DNA of 64,000 bases, taken from contig NC_092350.1 of NCBI RefSeq assembly GCF_963676685.1, positions 57,226,001 through 57,290,000 of the forward strand, given 5' to 3'. The notes under the pieces are model-generated. The model did no database searches, had not been told where the DNA came from, and saw only the letters and a program-made list of their open reading frames with translations. Positions 23,709-38,556 of the stretch are shown here, piece by piece. The stretch is from Mytilus edulis (Eukaryota). Made by a program: the position numbers and the translations under genes. The first letter of the stretch is position 1, and each line of letters opens with the position of its first letter.

Positions 23709-26030
23709 TTAATCATTCTTTGATTGTAAGCATTTCTTGTGTGAACAGTTATATCCTTTACAGCAGTCATTACTTCGTTTACAAGTTCTTTGTTTACATG
23801 ATTTGCAGTTTCCGGAGACGCAGCTTGAATCAATACAGCAATCACGGTTTATTTTACATGTTCTCGGGTTACATGGCTTGCAGTTTCCATAAATGCAGCT
23901 AGAATCATTACAGCAATCACGGGTATTTTTGCATTTTAGTTGATTACATGACTTGCAGGTAAGGTCAACGCAGCTTAAACCAGAACAACATCTAAAATCC
24001 CAGCAATTTTCTCCCTCATTCTTACACCATTTTTTTAGTCCTGGTGGTAATGGTAAACCTCTCTTCACAAGTCTACAAGAATACACGTGTTGTAATATAA
24101 TTAGAAACATTATCATACATGCTTTTATAGAGCTATTTACATCTGTACAATCTATGACAAATATAAGTTTAAGTAAAAAAAAAATGTAAATACATATAGC
24201 AATAACAGTTTTTTGAGGTGTGCACCTAGTAAACAAATCAGTGAGCCTTTACTGGTAAAAGGAATTGATACGTATCGGTTTTTTTACAGAGCTATTTACA
24301 TCTGTACAATCTATGACAAGTTGAATTCAGGTTGAAAAATAAATTGTAAATACAAATAGCAATAACAGTTATTTTAGGTGTTCACCTAGTAAACAAATCA
24401 ACGAGCCTTTACTGGTAAAATAAATTGATACGTATCGATTATTATGCTGTCTCCATATGATTATTGTAAAATATCAGCTGCGAGTCACAATAAGGCACTA
24501 TTGTCAAGTGAGCGCAGCGTAAAAATGCTTCATTTCGTATCGATCTTAATAAAATCCAAGGGATATGTGTTTCTCCACCGAAATATTTTCATCATTTTTT
24601 TTAGATAACGTTTTTGCTAAAATAGTTTTCTTTTTTTATGTAAGAATGACTCTACCGTATATACACTGCAATGTCGCATTTGTCACTAGTATTTTATGTG
24701 TGTGGGATAATTTTTCATTATAGGTTTTTTTTATTGCTATTATAAACATATTCTTCCTAAAAACTACAGTCACACAATACAGTTCTTCAATTTGGAATGC
24801 AACTTACTTGTGGACCAGTCCATCATTCGACATCGTTTCTTCTTTTGCCATATTTGCTGGAAATGTAATATTTTTTTAATACATTTAAGTATCGTGACAA
24901 AAAATTGAAAAACACTATATTAGGTACACAATGTGCAATTGTCCAATTACGATAATTTAACGGGTGAATAAAATTCATATCGGGTGAGGCAATATGATAA
25001 ATTCCGTATTAGCACAAGTGCACACTGTGTAACGAATTTATCCTGATTTTCTTATATTACAAATTCAACTATTGAGACAATACTAACCAACTATTTTAGA
25101 TATTTAATCTAGAACTGTGAAAAATGAAAAATATATTAGACTATAAAGCAACTAAAAATAAAATTCTTATTAGGTCAATGATGTAAGGGAGATAATTCCA
25201 ATAGACGGACTATAAAATTGTCCTCAAATTTTAAGGGCAATATCAGCCAATAAAAATGCGGGAAATAACTCTCAATCAGGATAATTATGATTTTTTTTTT
25301 AATTACACACATTTCTTTTTATATTTCATTACGTAAATATGCTGTTTTATCAAGTAAGGTATAAAATATTGTGTATTCTTTAGAATAAAAGAAGTTAAAA
25401 AATATTGTAGCTCTAACAACAACAAAAAACGATACTTAAATACAGCTAGGATACGACCAGTATATAGCATTATGAATAAAGAATATCAGAAAGCAGAAAA
25501 AAGAAGGGTCTGAGAGCTTGTTTTTGAGATAGAAGCAATTGAAAATTTGGCGGGAAATGATTCTATAGAGGACACACTATGAATAAACGTTTATAAAAAA
25601 AATAACAAAAAAAATGCATAACTTTTGAATGACATTACTAACTCTGATAGAAAACTTAATACAAACACAAAAGTTCTAAATATCCTTACTATAATGAATT
25701 AAAGAATATTTGGTCCTATTCTTTTGACATGTGATTAAATCGTGTGTTTAAACGAGTAAGTTACCAATATGCATCTTACATTTGATTTGTTATTTTGTAT
25801 CACAGGTAATTTTGTTATTTTGATAAGCTGGAATATACATTGGTGGCCTTCGGTTGTTTTTGTGCTCTGTGGTCGAGTTGTTATCTCTTTGACACATTCC
25901 CATTTTCATTCTCAATTGTATAACTATTACACAATACATTGTGAAAATAAACAAATAAGGCTCTTGCTAATTATTTACCTTCAACAAACACTAACAACAG
26001 ACAGGCGACTAAATAAGTGGTTAACTTCAT
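23709..26030 (-). CDS. CRP-I: CRP-I-type four-module cysteine-rich peptide precursor, locus C (154 aa, intact)
   Basis: Exons 26030-25979 (MKLTTYLVACLLLVFVE), 24856-24808 (ANMAKEETMSNDGLVH) and 24072-23709 (KLVKR|GLPLPPGLKKWCKNEGENCWDFRCCSGLSCVDLTC...CSHKKCLQSKND*). 465 nt, canonical splice sites. Confidence 0.9.
24123..24438. repeat. Tandem duplication (~159 bp x2) in intron 3 of locus C
   Basis: AGAGCTATTTACATCTGTACAATCTATGACAA...TTGATACGTATCG occurs at 24129 and 24288. Confidence 0.85.
24925..25284. mobile_element. Hairpin-headed non-autonomous element in intron 2 of locus C
   Basis: Hairpin 24925-25031, then TTATCCTGATT (25038) paired with AATCAGGATAA (25274-25284). An inverted relative lies at ~28795-29424. 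Confidence 0.55.
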
Positions 26031-26936
26031 TTGTCTTTGATCTTTTCTCTACAAGACAATACAAAGGTATACGCATTTTGTATTTTTTAATGTTCTCATG
26101 GTCATATTTTTTTCTAAAGAATCACAGGTTTCTGTCCTTGGAATGCAAATGACGATTTAAAACACGATTTTTGTAGTTGGTTATTGTATTGTTATATAAC
26201 CGTTCTACGCCGTAACTGGTACACAATGCTCGCTGTCAAATTTGCCTTTTCGTCAAGTGAAATGTAGTGTGAAATGACAGATACAAAAAAGTGGAAATTC
26301 AGATACTTTCAACATTAATGTTTACGTCTATTTATACAATTTTTTTTCCGGAACAGGATTATCTAAAGACTGCCGCGCTATTTAAGTTTTAATTAATCAA
26401 AATTTATATATACGCTTATTACATAGCAACGAGGCAATATATACTATATGATTTAGCATTCGCTTTGTATTCACATTTTCTGTTGTAATTTCAGGCTACC
26501 AATTTGAATATGATATCATATACAATATACGTCAGCGTATTTTGTTATTTATGCGACGTTATTCTATATGTTTCTAGATTTTGATTTTTAAAATGAAGAC
26601 ATAACATATAATGGAAGATAGTCATAAAAAGCCTCACATAAGCATTACAAAGTGCTCTTTTAATCTTAACTATACATGTCTATGGTATATGATTTTGAAT
26701 AATGTTCTGTTAGTAATACACAATAATAAACGACACGTTAATCGGTGACACTTAGGAACACGTGTTTCAAAATTTATATGTGCTGTATATAAAAGGATCA
26801 AGTAGGAGTAGTCACGTAGCACAGTTTACATGCTGCTAACATTCTGTTCAAGGTACTTGTGTTATGTCACATGCTTTCTTTTCGTTTTCAACCTACAAAA
26901 TAGTCCTTCCATTTTAAATTAAAATTACTAACATAA

Positions 26937-27013
26937 ACTTACACGAGCAAATGTAACTATTACTGTAATGTAGACTTCTTACTAAAATTATTTACCTTTT
27001 CCCAGCTTTTATA
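26937..27013 (-). promoter_or_regulatory. TATA box and non-coding exon 1 of locus C
   Basis: TATAAAA 27013-27007; donor GTAAGT 26942-26937; homologous to the other loci. Confidence 0.7.
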
Positions 27014-28176
27014 CTTGATTTTGTCTCTAATCATGCTAATGACATTTAACATCTGTTGAACGATTGTTTTTTTGTAATCCTGTCGTGTCGTTGTACGTCC
27101 TTTCACGGCTATTTATCACACTGGGCCTAACCGGTTTTGGGTTTACAGAGTTATATCTCTTTTATAGTATATGGCTAATACGAATATCTCGGCTTCCTAT
27201 TGAGGTATATACTGTAAAAGAGGGACGAAATATACCAGAAGGATAGTCAAACAAACACATAATAGTAAATATTGTAAAAAAGTGGGATGTTTGATATTTA
27301 GCATACACAATAAATCTGTACTAATAATTGATCAAACAACTACATATAGCGTTGCATTGTTCAATGTGATATTGATATTATGTAATCATGTAAAGATGAA
27401 TAGTGAACATGTGAAATTATATAAGATATATATTATATAAGATATATGTTATGCTATTGTTTCAGAAAAAGGGAGAAGGTTTGGATCCATTGAAACGTTT
27501 CATCCCGCTGCAAATGTTTGCACCTGTCCTAAGTCAGGAATCTGATGTACAGTAGTTGTCGTTTGTTTATGTAATATATACGTGTTTCTCGTTTTGTTTA
27601 TATAGATTAGACCGTTGGTTTTCGCCTCATTTTCTAAGATAAAGTTACAACACATTCTGAAATTAATGTCAATACCAATATCAATTGAAAGAGAAATAGT
27701 GATACTGTGTCATTTTGCATATAGCTGTGATACAGGCTTTTCGTCAGTAGCCTTATGAAAACATAGTACGAATCAACAATGTTTGTTTAAAATGTAACTT
27801 TGAAAAAGCTTCTTATCAATTGTAATTAGTCGACAGAATTGTTATTTAAGGGGGCTCCTTACTTTAACTTTTGTCAGTTCTTCGAAACACGATCACTAGT
27901 TCGGAGCACCTCATACCACATTTGTTGACATGACACTTTTAATTGTTTTACACTAGAGTTTTGGGCACCGCTTTTGTATCTTTCGACTCTTATAAAAGAT
28001 GAAGGTACAACAGAAATGTGCAATGACTATCAATATCATGTTCATTGAAAGAGAAACAGTGCTTAAAAATGGTAGGCTTATGAAAACATATTACAAATCA
28101 GCTACTTTTAAAAGATTGGTTATAATCGGACATTACGGTTCGTACATTTTACTCCCAACGTAAGATGTGATCTTAA

Positions 28177-30312
28177 TTGTGGATCAGTTCTTCATCCTCC
28201 ATCATTTCGTCATTTGACATGTTCACTGAAAGTAAATCATAATATTTCAGTATCGTGATAATTATCTTTTCTGTAATTTTTACACCTGTATTACGATATT
28301 TCTCCACTCTCGACAGTTCGATTTTAATTATTTAAAAGGCTTGGCAAGCCTCGCGCTTTAAAAAATAAAATTCAACTGACTCGAGTGGAGAATTATCGTA
28401 ATACACTTGTTGCAGTGTAGGAATCTTTATGTTATAGACATAAAAAATCGTGAAAACGAACAGACTACAATGCTGTAATGCCAACAATGATAATAAACAG
28501 TCCATTGAGAAAATTATTCTGAGTTGGCAATGACCACTGCCATTTTTTGCAGCCTATCATGTTGTTACATCTAGCTTTTTTATTAGCGATTAAGCAGTGT
28601 CTCTTTTTTTTCAATGATCAAATGTTATTGATAATAATTTGAATAGCAGAAATTACTGGTTAGATATTTCGGAAGCCTGAAAAAACTGTATAACAAGCTA
28701 TGTTAGAAATTGTATTTCAGATTTGGTAAAGAAGTTTCAAAAGTTATTTATGATCGTAACAGCGGTAATCGCATAGGTCATATAACAACATGTATTATCT
28801 TACCTCCTATAGATATGATTGATTAAAGGACTACGTGTGGTGACTATGTATATTGGGTATAGGGTGCCCTAAACAATACATGGTTAGTTAGCATAAAGGG
28901 TTAGCAACCATATGGGGTTAGTAAGGCGTTACTTCCCTTTCAAATGAATACAGATGCTTCAACATAAATAACATAAAAACAACACGGTGTTGTAAAAAAA
29001 TCTGATTCAACAGACGAAGTAATTGATGATGAAAGGTTGAAATAAGTTCATAAAACATAATTAAAGTTAAGAAGTTGGTATTTTTAGCATAAAGGAGTTA
29101 CTTCCCTTTCAAACAAACAAAAATGAAATCTAAAAGGATTAAACAGACGAAGAAATTGATATATGTAATGAACGATTGAAATAAATTCACCAAACGAATT
29201 TGAAGCTTTAAAAAATGTAATTGTTGGCATTTGTTTTTTGCATAGACAGATGGAAGTAGAATCTACTAAGTATTGAAGACTTGATCACTTTAATATGCCG
29301 CTAGTCAAAATACCACATGTGAAGATAGTCGGTAAGATAAATTCGTTACACGGTGTGCTAGTAACTTAATACGATATATATGGGGTCAGTATATTCCGTA
29401 TTAGGTCACTAACACACCATGTAACTAATATTATATAAGTTTGTAGTTTGCCTATACAACAACATTTCAATTTTAGATTGCAAAGTCAGTAGCAGTTACC
29501 GTCCTTTAAATTAGAAAATATCAATATAATAATTGAATTCAATGATATTTTGGATAAATTGTGATAAAAAATTCATTCATGATACAAAGGCCAAAATAAC
29601 TCAAGGATTATAAATAGTCTTCAAAATATGCAGATGTCTTCACGATTTGTGAAGCTGTTAATCGTAATTAATCTTTGAAAGTTTATATAAATATATATAA
29701 AAACATTCAAAGATAAAAAATTTGCAAAACACAAAATACGAAATGCGTAAAAGAGAACAAACAAATCACAAAAATTAAGAACTTTCATATTGAAAATAAA
29801 AGTTGTTCAGTCATCTGTTACAGACATACATGTGTATGTATCAAATATTTCGAGTAACACAATTATGTATGCGCATATATTTGTAATTGTGCAGCATACT
29901 TTCATAATTTAAATAAGCTGAAAAAAACCTATCATTTACCTATTTTTATCATTAAACGTACCGAATAAGACCGGATTTGTAATCACATAAGCAACACGAC
30001 GGGTGCCGCATGTGGAGCAGGATCTGCTTACCCTTCCGGAGCACCTGATATCACCCCTAGTTTTTGGTGGGGTTTGTGTTGTTTATTCTTTAGTTTTCTA
30101 TGTTGTGTCATGTGTACTATTGTTTTTCTGTTTGTCTTTTTCATTTTTAGCCATGGCGTTGTCAGTTTGCTTTATATATATGAGTTTGACTGTCCCTTTG
30201 GTATCTTTCGTCCCTCTTTTACAGCATCAGATCGTGCAAATAATCTTGCTAATTTGTTTCCCTGCAACAAACACCAACAACAAACTTGCGACTGAAAAAT
30301 AGAAACCTTCAT
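28177..30312 (-). pseudogene. CRP-I: CRP-I pseudogene, locus D (signal and pro exons only)
   Basis: Signal exon 30312-30262 is 51 nt (1-nt deletion relative to locus B) with donor GT>GG. Pro exon 28225-28177 (NMSNDEMMEDEELIH) has donor GT>TT. No Cys-rich exon is found before the promoter of C. TATA reads CATAAAA at 31361-31355. Confidence 0.85.
29955..30221 (+). repeat. SINE-like repeat (GGAGCAGGATCTGCTTACCCTTCCGGAGCAC family)
   Basis: Closely similar copies at ~49495-49760 and ~55530-55804 (+), and a partial copy at ~42110-42290 (-). Confidence 0.8.
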
Positions 30313-30386
30313 TCTTCTTGCAGGACATTACAATTAAAAAAAATGCATGTCTCATTTATTTATTTTTTTATGATAATAAGTTTTCA

Positions 30387-30663
30387 TTAAGGTGGTACAT
30401 AATACTACAGGGAGATAACTATGTAAAATTCAATTGAACATTAAAATAACGTTCAATTGTTTAGTTAACAACAATATTCTCAATAATCAAAATTAGTGCT
30501 TGAAAAAATGCTATATATCCAATCAAAATTTTGAAATGCTTGGTTAAAATTTCTGGAAATCTCTATATTTTTGTCAAAGAGTGAAAGTTAATCTTTTGTC
30601 TAAACCTTATGATAAATAAACAAGCCGACATAATTTAAGTCAAGGTGTTTGGTACCATCTTAA
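30387..30663. mobile_element. TTAA-flanked MITE
   Basis: TTAA-GGTGGTAC ... GGTACCATC-TTAA termini. Confidence 0.65.
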
Positions 30664-32376
30664 GATCCAAAGATTTTCAGTTTTTAAAAACAGAATGGTG
30701 ATTCAAATTAACCTTTATTATATCAACTAGGTTTTTGGCAGGTTATCTGGGATACCAAACGTGCTGTATACAGATGTCTCTCTCTCAAACAATTCATATT
30801 GAAAGCAAGCTGATAGGCAACAGAGAAGTAAAGGTAAGATGGCAAGAGAATGATTTCGTGTTCTACAACGTTTTGTATCGATTACTGTATCGTCTGGAAC
30901 ATGCATGATATATTTGCAACTGGACGTTAAGCAACCAACAATTGATCAATCGATTACAGCACAGTTGAATCAATTTCGAGGACAAAACAATATAGTGAAT
31001 GAATTGCTTTTAAATTAGATAAATGTAAAATTTCTATTAAGGTACATTTCAAAGTAACACTTTGAATTTGATATATATATATATTCTTTAAATCCTTACT
31101 TGTTAAAAAAATTTATAATTTTCTGCCAAGTCATTTTTTTTACGGCAATACCTAATTTGCACCTTCTAGACAAACAATTGTAGCGTAGATCCTGCTTAGT
31201 AAACTTATGAGACAACCCTCTTTTTTTATTTTGAAAAGGATTTAATCCTGTAGAAACAGAAACAAACAGGTAGAAATACGGTTGTTTGAAATTCATAGTT
31301 GAGACAAATTAAACTACAACAATTGAAAAAACTTATCACATTTAAAGACGCTGCTTTTATGTTGGTCATAACCATTTTAAACTGTCACAAACTTACCAAG
31401 TAACATCACCTTTAGGCATCTGCGAATATATAGTTTATTGCACGTTCCAACTGTGGTGTTGGACGTCCTTTCTCGGTTAATGGTCCTTTACACGACTGAC
31501 ACATTATTATGTTTACTCCATCAATCTTAAAAGGTAAACTTCCTTCTTTATATCATTTTGTGTTAACAACATACGATTGTACCTATACATTACTATGTAA
31601 AGCATGTCCAAATATTATTAATAGATGAAAAAAATAATTAATTGTTCCAGGATGTAACAATATCGCTCTATTTATTTTGTTTTGAATAGGTACGACTGGA
31701 AACCCCCATGTGATATTTATAGTAATGTATGTTTTATCAAAATGTATCAGACTGGTCGTAATCGGTTTATGCCAGTAAGAGGTATATGATAAAAGTTAAC
31801 TGTCGTTTCGTGTAATCTCATGCACATAGGAAAACAACTTTTTTTTTAAATTGTCTATTTGCTTTGTTTTTGCGTAAAGAACAGTCCAAATCATCTGTCT
31901 CATATGGATTTTTTGTTTAGTTTGATAATGTGGTACAATGTATTTTGTCATGAATCATTCACTAAGCATCTTATCAAAATGATTCGTGTAGAATGTCAAC
32001 AGTAATTAAAACATGTGAAAGGTATTTTAATAGAAAAGGAACATGAGCAATTCGACAAGATTTTTTTTTAATAACAAATTTTCATCAATGAATATTATAC
32101 ATAAAAATATGCTATTCAACAAACATACATTACTATAAATATCACATGGGCGTTTCCAGTTATAAAAAATTTACACATCACGTATTCGCAAAACGTTTGC
32201 ACTTACTCGCTGATTACAAGCCAGAGTTTCATTTGCATACAACAAGAAACAATATCACTGTATATCTTTCTCGCAATTATGATATCGTAAGTAGTTTCTT
32301 AACCTCTTTTACTTATACATGTTATACTTTATAACAAGAGAGACAAACGATAATAAACTGATATTCCAACTCATAA

Positions 32377-35300
32377 GTATAAAACACATTGACACTGGAA
32401 TGATACAGAGACGATACACGAACAAAAAAAAACAATAGTATATAAAACACATTGACACTGGAATGATACAAAGACAATAAACGAACAAAAAAACACAATA
32501 GTATGTAAAACACATAGACACTGGAATGATACAAAGACGATACACGAACAAAAAAAAACAATAGTATATAAAACACATTGACACTGGAATGATACAAAGA
32601 CGATAAACGAACAAAAAAAAACAATAGTATATAAAACACATTGACACTGGAATGACACAAAGACGATAAACGAACAAAAAAAACAATAGTATATAAAACA
32701 CATTGACATTGGAATGATATAAAGACGATAAACGAACAAGAAAAACAATAGTATAAAAAACACATTGACACTGGAATGATACAAAGACAATAAACGAACA
32801 AAAAAACAATAGTATATAAAAAACATTGACACTGGAATGATACAAAGACGATAAACGAACAAAAAAAACAATAGTATATAAAACACATTGACACTGGAAT
32901 GATACAAAGAAGATAAACGAATAAAAAAAACACAATAGTATATAAAACACATAGACACTGGAATGATACAAAGAAGATAAACGAACAAAAAAACACAATA
33001 GTATATAAAACACATTGACACTGGAATGATACAAAGACAATAAACGAACAAAAAAAACAATAGTATATAAAACACATAGACACTGGAATGATACAAAGAA
33101 GATAAACGAACAAAAAAACACAATAGTATATAAAACACATTGACACTGGAATGATACAAAGACAATAAACGAACAAAAAAACACAATAGTATGTAAAACA
33201 CATAGACACTGGAATGATACAAAGACGATAAACGAACAAAAAAACACAATAGTATATAAAACACATAGACACTGGAATGACACAAAGACGATAAACGAAC
33301 AAAAAAACACAATAGTATATAAAACACATTGACACTGGAATGATACAAAGAAGATAAACGAACAAAAAAACACAATAGTATGTAAAACACATAGACACTG
33401 GAATGATACAAAGACGATAAACGAACAAAAAAACACAATAGTATATAAAACACATAGACACTGGAATGATACAAAGAAGATAAACGAACAAAAAAAACAA
33501 TAGTACATGTATATAAAACACATAGACACTGGAATGATACAAAGAAGATAAACGAACAAAAAAACACAATAGTATATAAAACACATTGACACTGGAATGA
33601 TACAAAGACAATAAACGAACAAAAAAACACAATAGTATGTAAAACACATAGACACTGGAATGATACAAAGACGATAAACGAACAAAAAAACACAATAGTA
33701 TGTAAAACACATAGACACTGGAATGATACAAAGAAGATAAACGAACAAAAAAAACAATAGTACATGTATATAAAACACATAGACACTGGAATGATACAAA
33801 GAAGATAAACGAACAAAAAAACACAATAGTATATAAAACACATTGACACTGGAATGATACAAAGACAATAAACGAACAAAAAAACACAATAGTATGTAAA
33901 ACACATAGACACTGGAATGATACAAAGACGATAAACGAACAAAAAAAACAATAGTATATAAAACACATAGACACTGGAATGATACAAAGAAGATAAACGA
34001 ACAAAAAAACACAATAGTATATAAAACACATAGACACTGGAATGATACAAAGACAATAAACGAACAAAAAAACAGAATGGTATGTAAAACACATAGACAC
34101 TGGAATGATACAAAGACGATAAACGAACAAAAAAACACAATAGTATATAAAACACATAGACACTGGAATGATACAAAGACGATAAACGAACAAAAAAAAC
34201 AATAGTATATAAAACACATAGACACTGGAATGATACAAAGAAGATAAACGAACAAAAAAACACAATAGTATATAAAACACATTGACACTGGAATGATACA
34301 AAGACGATAAACGAATAAAAAAACACAATAGTATGTAAAACACATAGACACTGGAATGATACAAAGACGATAAACGAACAAAAAAACACAATAGTATATA
34401 AAACACATAGACACTGGAATGATACAAAGACGATAAACGAACAAAAAAAACAATAGTATATAAAACACATAGACACTGGAATGATACAAAGAAGATAAAC
34501 GAACAAAAAAACACAATAGTATATAAAACACATTGACACTGGAATGATACAAAGACGATAAACGAATAAAAAAACCACAATAGTATATAAAACACATTGA
34601 CACTGGAATGATACAAAGACAATAAACGAACAAAAAAACACAATAGTATGTAAAACACATAGACACTGGAATGATACAAAGACGATAAACGAACAAAAAA
34701 ACACAATAGTATATAAAACACATTGACACTGGAATGATACAAAGACGATAAACGAATAAAAAAACCACAATAGTATATAAGACACATTGACACTGGAATG
34801 ATACAAAGACGATAAACGAATAAAAAAACCACAATAGTATATAAAACACATTGACACTGGAATGATACAAAGACGATAAACGAATAAAAAAACCACAATA
34901 GTATATAAAACACATTGACACTGGAATGACACAAAGACGATAAACGAACAAAAAAAACAATAGTATATAAAACACATTGACATTGGAATGATATAAAGAC
35001 GATAAACGAACAAGAAAAACAATAGTATAAAAAACACATTGACACTGGAATGATACAAAGACAATAAACGAACAAAAAAAACAATAGTATATAAAAAACA
35101 TTGACACTGGAATGATACAAAGACGATAAACGAACAAAAAAAACAATAGTATATAAAACACATTGACACTGGAATGATACAAAGAAGATAAACGAATAAA
35201 AAAAACACAATAGTATATAAAACACATAGACACTGGAATGATACAAAGAAGATAAACGAACAAAAAAACACAATAGTATATAAAACACATTGACACTGGA

Positions 35301-37179
35301 ATGATACAAAGACAATAAACGAACAAAAAAAACAATAGTATATAAAACACATAGACACTGGAATGATACAAAGAAGATAAACGAACAAAAAAACACAATA
35401 GTATATAAAACACATTGACACTGGAATGATACAAAGACAATAAACGAACAAAAAAACACAATAGTATGTAAAACACATAGACACTGGAATGATACAAAGA
35501 CGATAAACGAACAAAAAAACACAATAGTATATAAAACACATAGACACTGGAATGACACAAAGACGATAAACGAACAAAAAAACACAATAGTATATAAAAC
35601 ACATTGACACTGGAATGATACAAAGAAGATAAACGAACAAAAAAACACAATAGTATGTAAAACACATAGACACTGGAATGATACAAAGACGATAAACGAA
35701 CAAAAAAACACAATAGTATATAAAACACATAGACACTGGAATGATACAAAGAAGATAAACGAACAAAAAAAACAATAGTATATAAAACACATAGACACTG
35801 GAATGATACAAAGAAGATAAACGAACAAAAAAACACAATAGTATATAAAACACATTGACACTGGAATGATACAAAGACAATAAACGAACAAAAAAACACA
35901 ATAGTATGTAAAACACATAGACACTGGAATGATACAAAGACGATAAACGAACAAAAAAACAATAGTATATAAAACACATAGACACTGGAATGATACAAAG
36001 AAGATAAACGAACAAAAAAACACAATAGTATATAAAACACATAGACACTGGAATGATACAAAGACAATAAACGAACAAAAAAACAGAATGGTATGTAAAA
36101 CACATAGACACTGGAATGATACAAAGACGATAAACGAACAAAAAAACACAATAGTATATAAAACACATAGACACTGGAATGATACAAAGACGATAAACGA
36201 ACAAAAAAAACAATAGTATATAAAACACATAGACACTGGAATGATACAAAGACGATAAACGAACAAAAAAACCACAATAGTATATAAAACACATAGACAC
36301 TGGAATGATACAAAGAAGATAAACGAACAAAAAAACACAATAGTATATAAAACACATTGACACTGGAATGATACAAAGAAGATAAACGAACAAAAAAACA
36401 CAATAGTATATAAAACACATAGACACTGGAATGATACAAAGACAATAAACGAACAAAAAAAACAATAGTATATAAAACACATAGACACTGGAATGATACA
36501 AAGACAATAAACGAACAAAAAAACCACAATAGTATATAAAACACATAGACACTGGAATGATACAAAGACAATAAACGAACAAAAAAAACAATAGTATATA
36601 AAACACATAGACACTGGAATGATACAAAGAAGATAAACGAACAAAAAAACACAATAGTATATAAAACACATAGACACTGGAATGATACAAAGAAGATAAA
36701 CGAACAAAAAAACACAATAGTATATAAAACACATTGACACTGGAATGATACAAAGACGATAAACGAATAAAAAAACCACAATAGTATATAAAACACATTG
36801 ACACTGGAATGATACAAAGACAATAAACGAACAAAAAAACACAATAGTATGTAAAACACATAGACACTGGAATGATACAAAGACGATAAACGAACAAAAA
36901 AACACAATAGTATATAAAACACATTGACACTGGAATGATACAAAGACGATAAACGAATAAAAAAACCACAATAGTATATAAGACACATTGACACTGGAAT
37001 GATACAAAGACGATAAACGAATAAAAAAACCACAATAGTATATAAAACACATTGACACTGGAATGATACAAAGACGATAAACGAATAAAAAAACCACAAT
37101 AGTATATAAAACACATTGACACTGGAATGATACAAAGACGATAAACGAATAAAAAAACCACAATAGTATATAAAACACA
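32377..37179. repeat. Satellite/minisatellite array, 61-63-bp monomer, roughly 75-80 copies
   Basis: Monomer AATAGTATATAAAACACAT(T/A)GACACTGGAATGATACAAAGA(C/A)(G/A)ATAAACGAACAAAAAAACAC, head to tail with no spacers. Confidence 0.97.
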
Positions 37180-38556
37180 GCATTCGATATCATATATTGG
37201 GCAACACGAAACAAACAACAAAACGGATTTACCTTACCTTGTAGGGTTATAACATTATGTAACATATACCGTCGTCATAAGGTGGTGCAGAAATTGCGAA
37301 ATTGTAAATGTTGCTGTTTTCACTTGATGAAGTGCAACATGGTTCAACATTCTGCAAGTGCATTTTCGTATGTGTTATCTTAAAGAGAGAACTTCAACTT
37401 CTATTGTGATTTATTTGCTTAACCGTTTCAGATTTCGATTTCCGATTTAGCACCGTTCCTTAAAAATACGCTATCATATAGGTCATTTTATTATCATATA
37501 ATGATAAAGAGATTAACTGAATAAAAAATAAGTTTCACAAAGTTAATTTTACTACCTAGTCAAAACTATAATAAATACATATTATACCGATGTCCATTAC
37601 CGATTTGTTATTACGAGTGAATAGCAATATGTCGACTTGAAAAGATAACTTCCAAAAATTTCTCAATAAACTGTTACACAAGAAGTCACTGGCAAGGAAC
37701 ATATTTTATTTAAGTTGTTTTGTGAATATCGTGTACTGTAGTCGTATTACGCAGGATATTTGAAATCTAGACCTTCATTAACACCGTATGCACATCAGAA
37801 TAACCCAAAACCTCGGCATTACTGCACGCAGCTGCAAGCAGGGCTATCTTTTCACTTGCAAACACAAGGTGTAACTGAAAAGGATTGTGCACAACCATGA
37901 CATGCAAATGCGAAAAAGTTTTGTTACCGTGTGGAAGTAAATGTCGTCATAAGCCAACATGCAAGAATGAAATAAGCGATGACAATTAATTTTGGCATTG
38001 ATATTCAATTTTAACGTAGCCTTTAAATTGATACATTGTCATGTAACCATCGTTGTTTTTTTAGATAAAGTTTATTGTATTATTGAAACGTTTGTAATGC
38101 ATATTTGAAAAAAATACCTATATGGTCAAAATACTCATACGGTCCAGCCCATTAATAACCATACGAGTATATACTCATACATATATACGCGTACGGTCGG
38201 ACCATATAATTATACATGTACGCATATGGTCCAAATACTCAGATGGTCCGGGACATATATACAGTTGTCATATTACAATTTGATACAGGTGTATGTATAT
38301 GTTATTCTGTAGAATGAATTTGCATACAGCTGAACTCTTTTTGCTGGTTTCGAAACAAAGCCAACTAACAGATATACATTTCTTCTTTTCATGACTTATT
38401 CAAAAATATATCAAACGGACCGTTATTTCGATATTTGACATATGCACGATATCAAGTAATGTATCTTATTGTCGACCGTGATAATTTTTACAATAAAACA
38501 TAAGAGGAATGTCGATTGTTCTCGTGGTCAAAACACCATCCACACACTATATTTAT

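Noticed and set aside
24073-24236. N-terminal hydrophobic part of the 175-aa ORF as a signal peptide
   Set aside because: It is intron read-through upstream of the AG at 24074-24073. The real leader is on exons 26030-25979 and 24856-24808. The same applies to ORF 53167-53252.
30003-30302. Short ORFs in interspersed repeats (e.g. MPHVEQDLLTLPEHL..., 17211-17621, 49411-49692, 62188-63875)
   Set aside because: They lie within multi-copy non-coding repeats or MITEs, and frames are not conserved between copies.
32377-37179. CRISPR array
   Set aside because: No unique spacers, no cas genes, and a eukaryotic intron-containing context.
32309-37265. Three overlapping 1616-1647-aa hydrophobic Cys-rich ORFs
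   Set aside because: They are translations of the satellite. The plus-strand monomer lacks TTA, CTA and TCA, so all three minus frames are open, and 61/62/63-bp monomers shift frame freely, showing no coding constraint.
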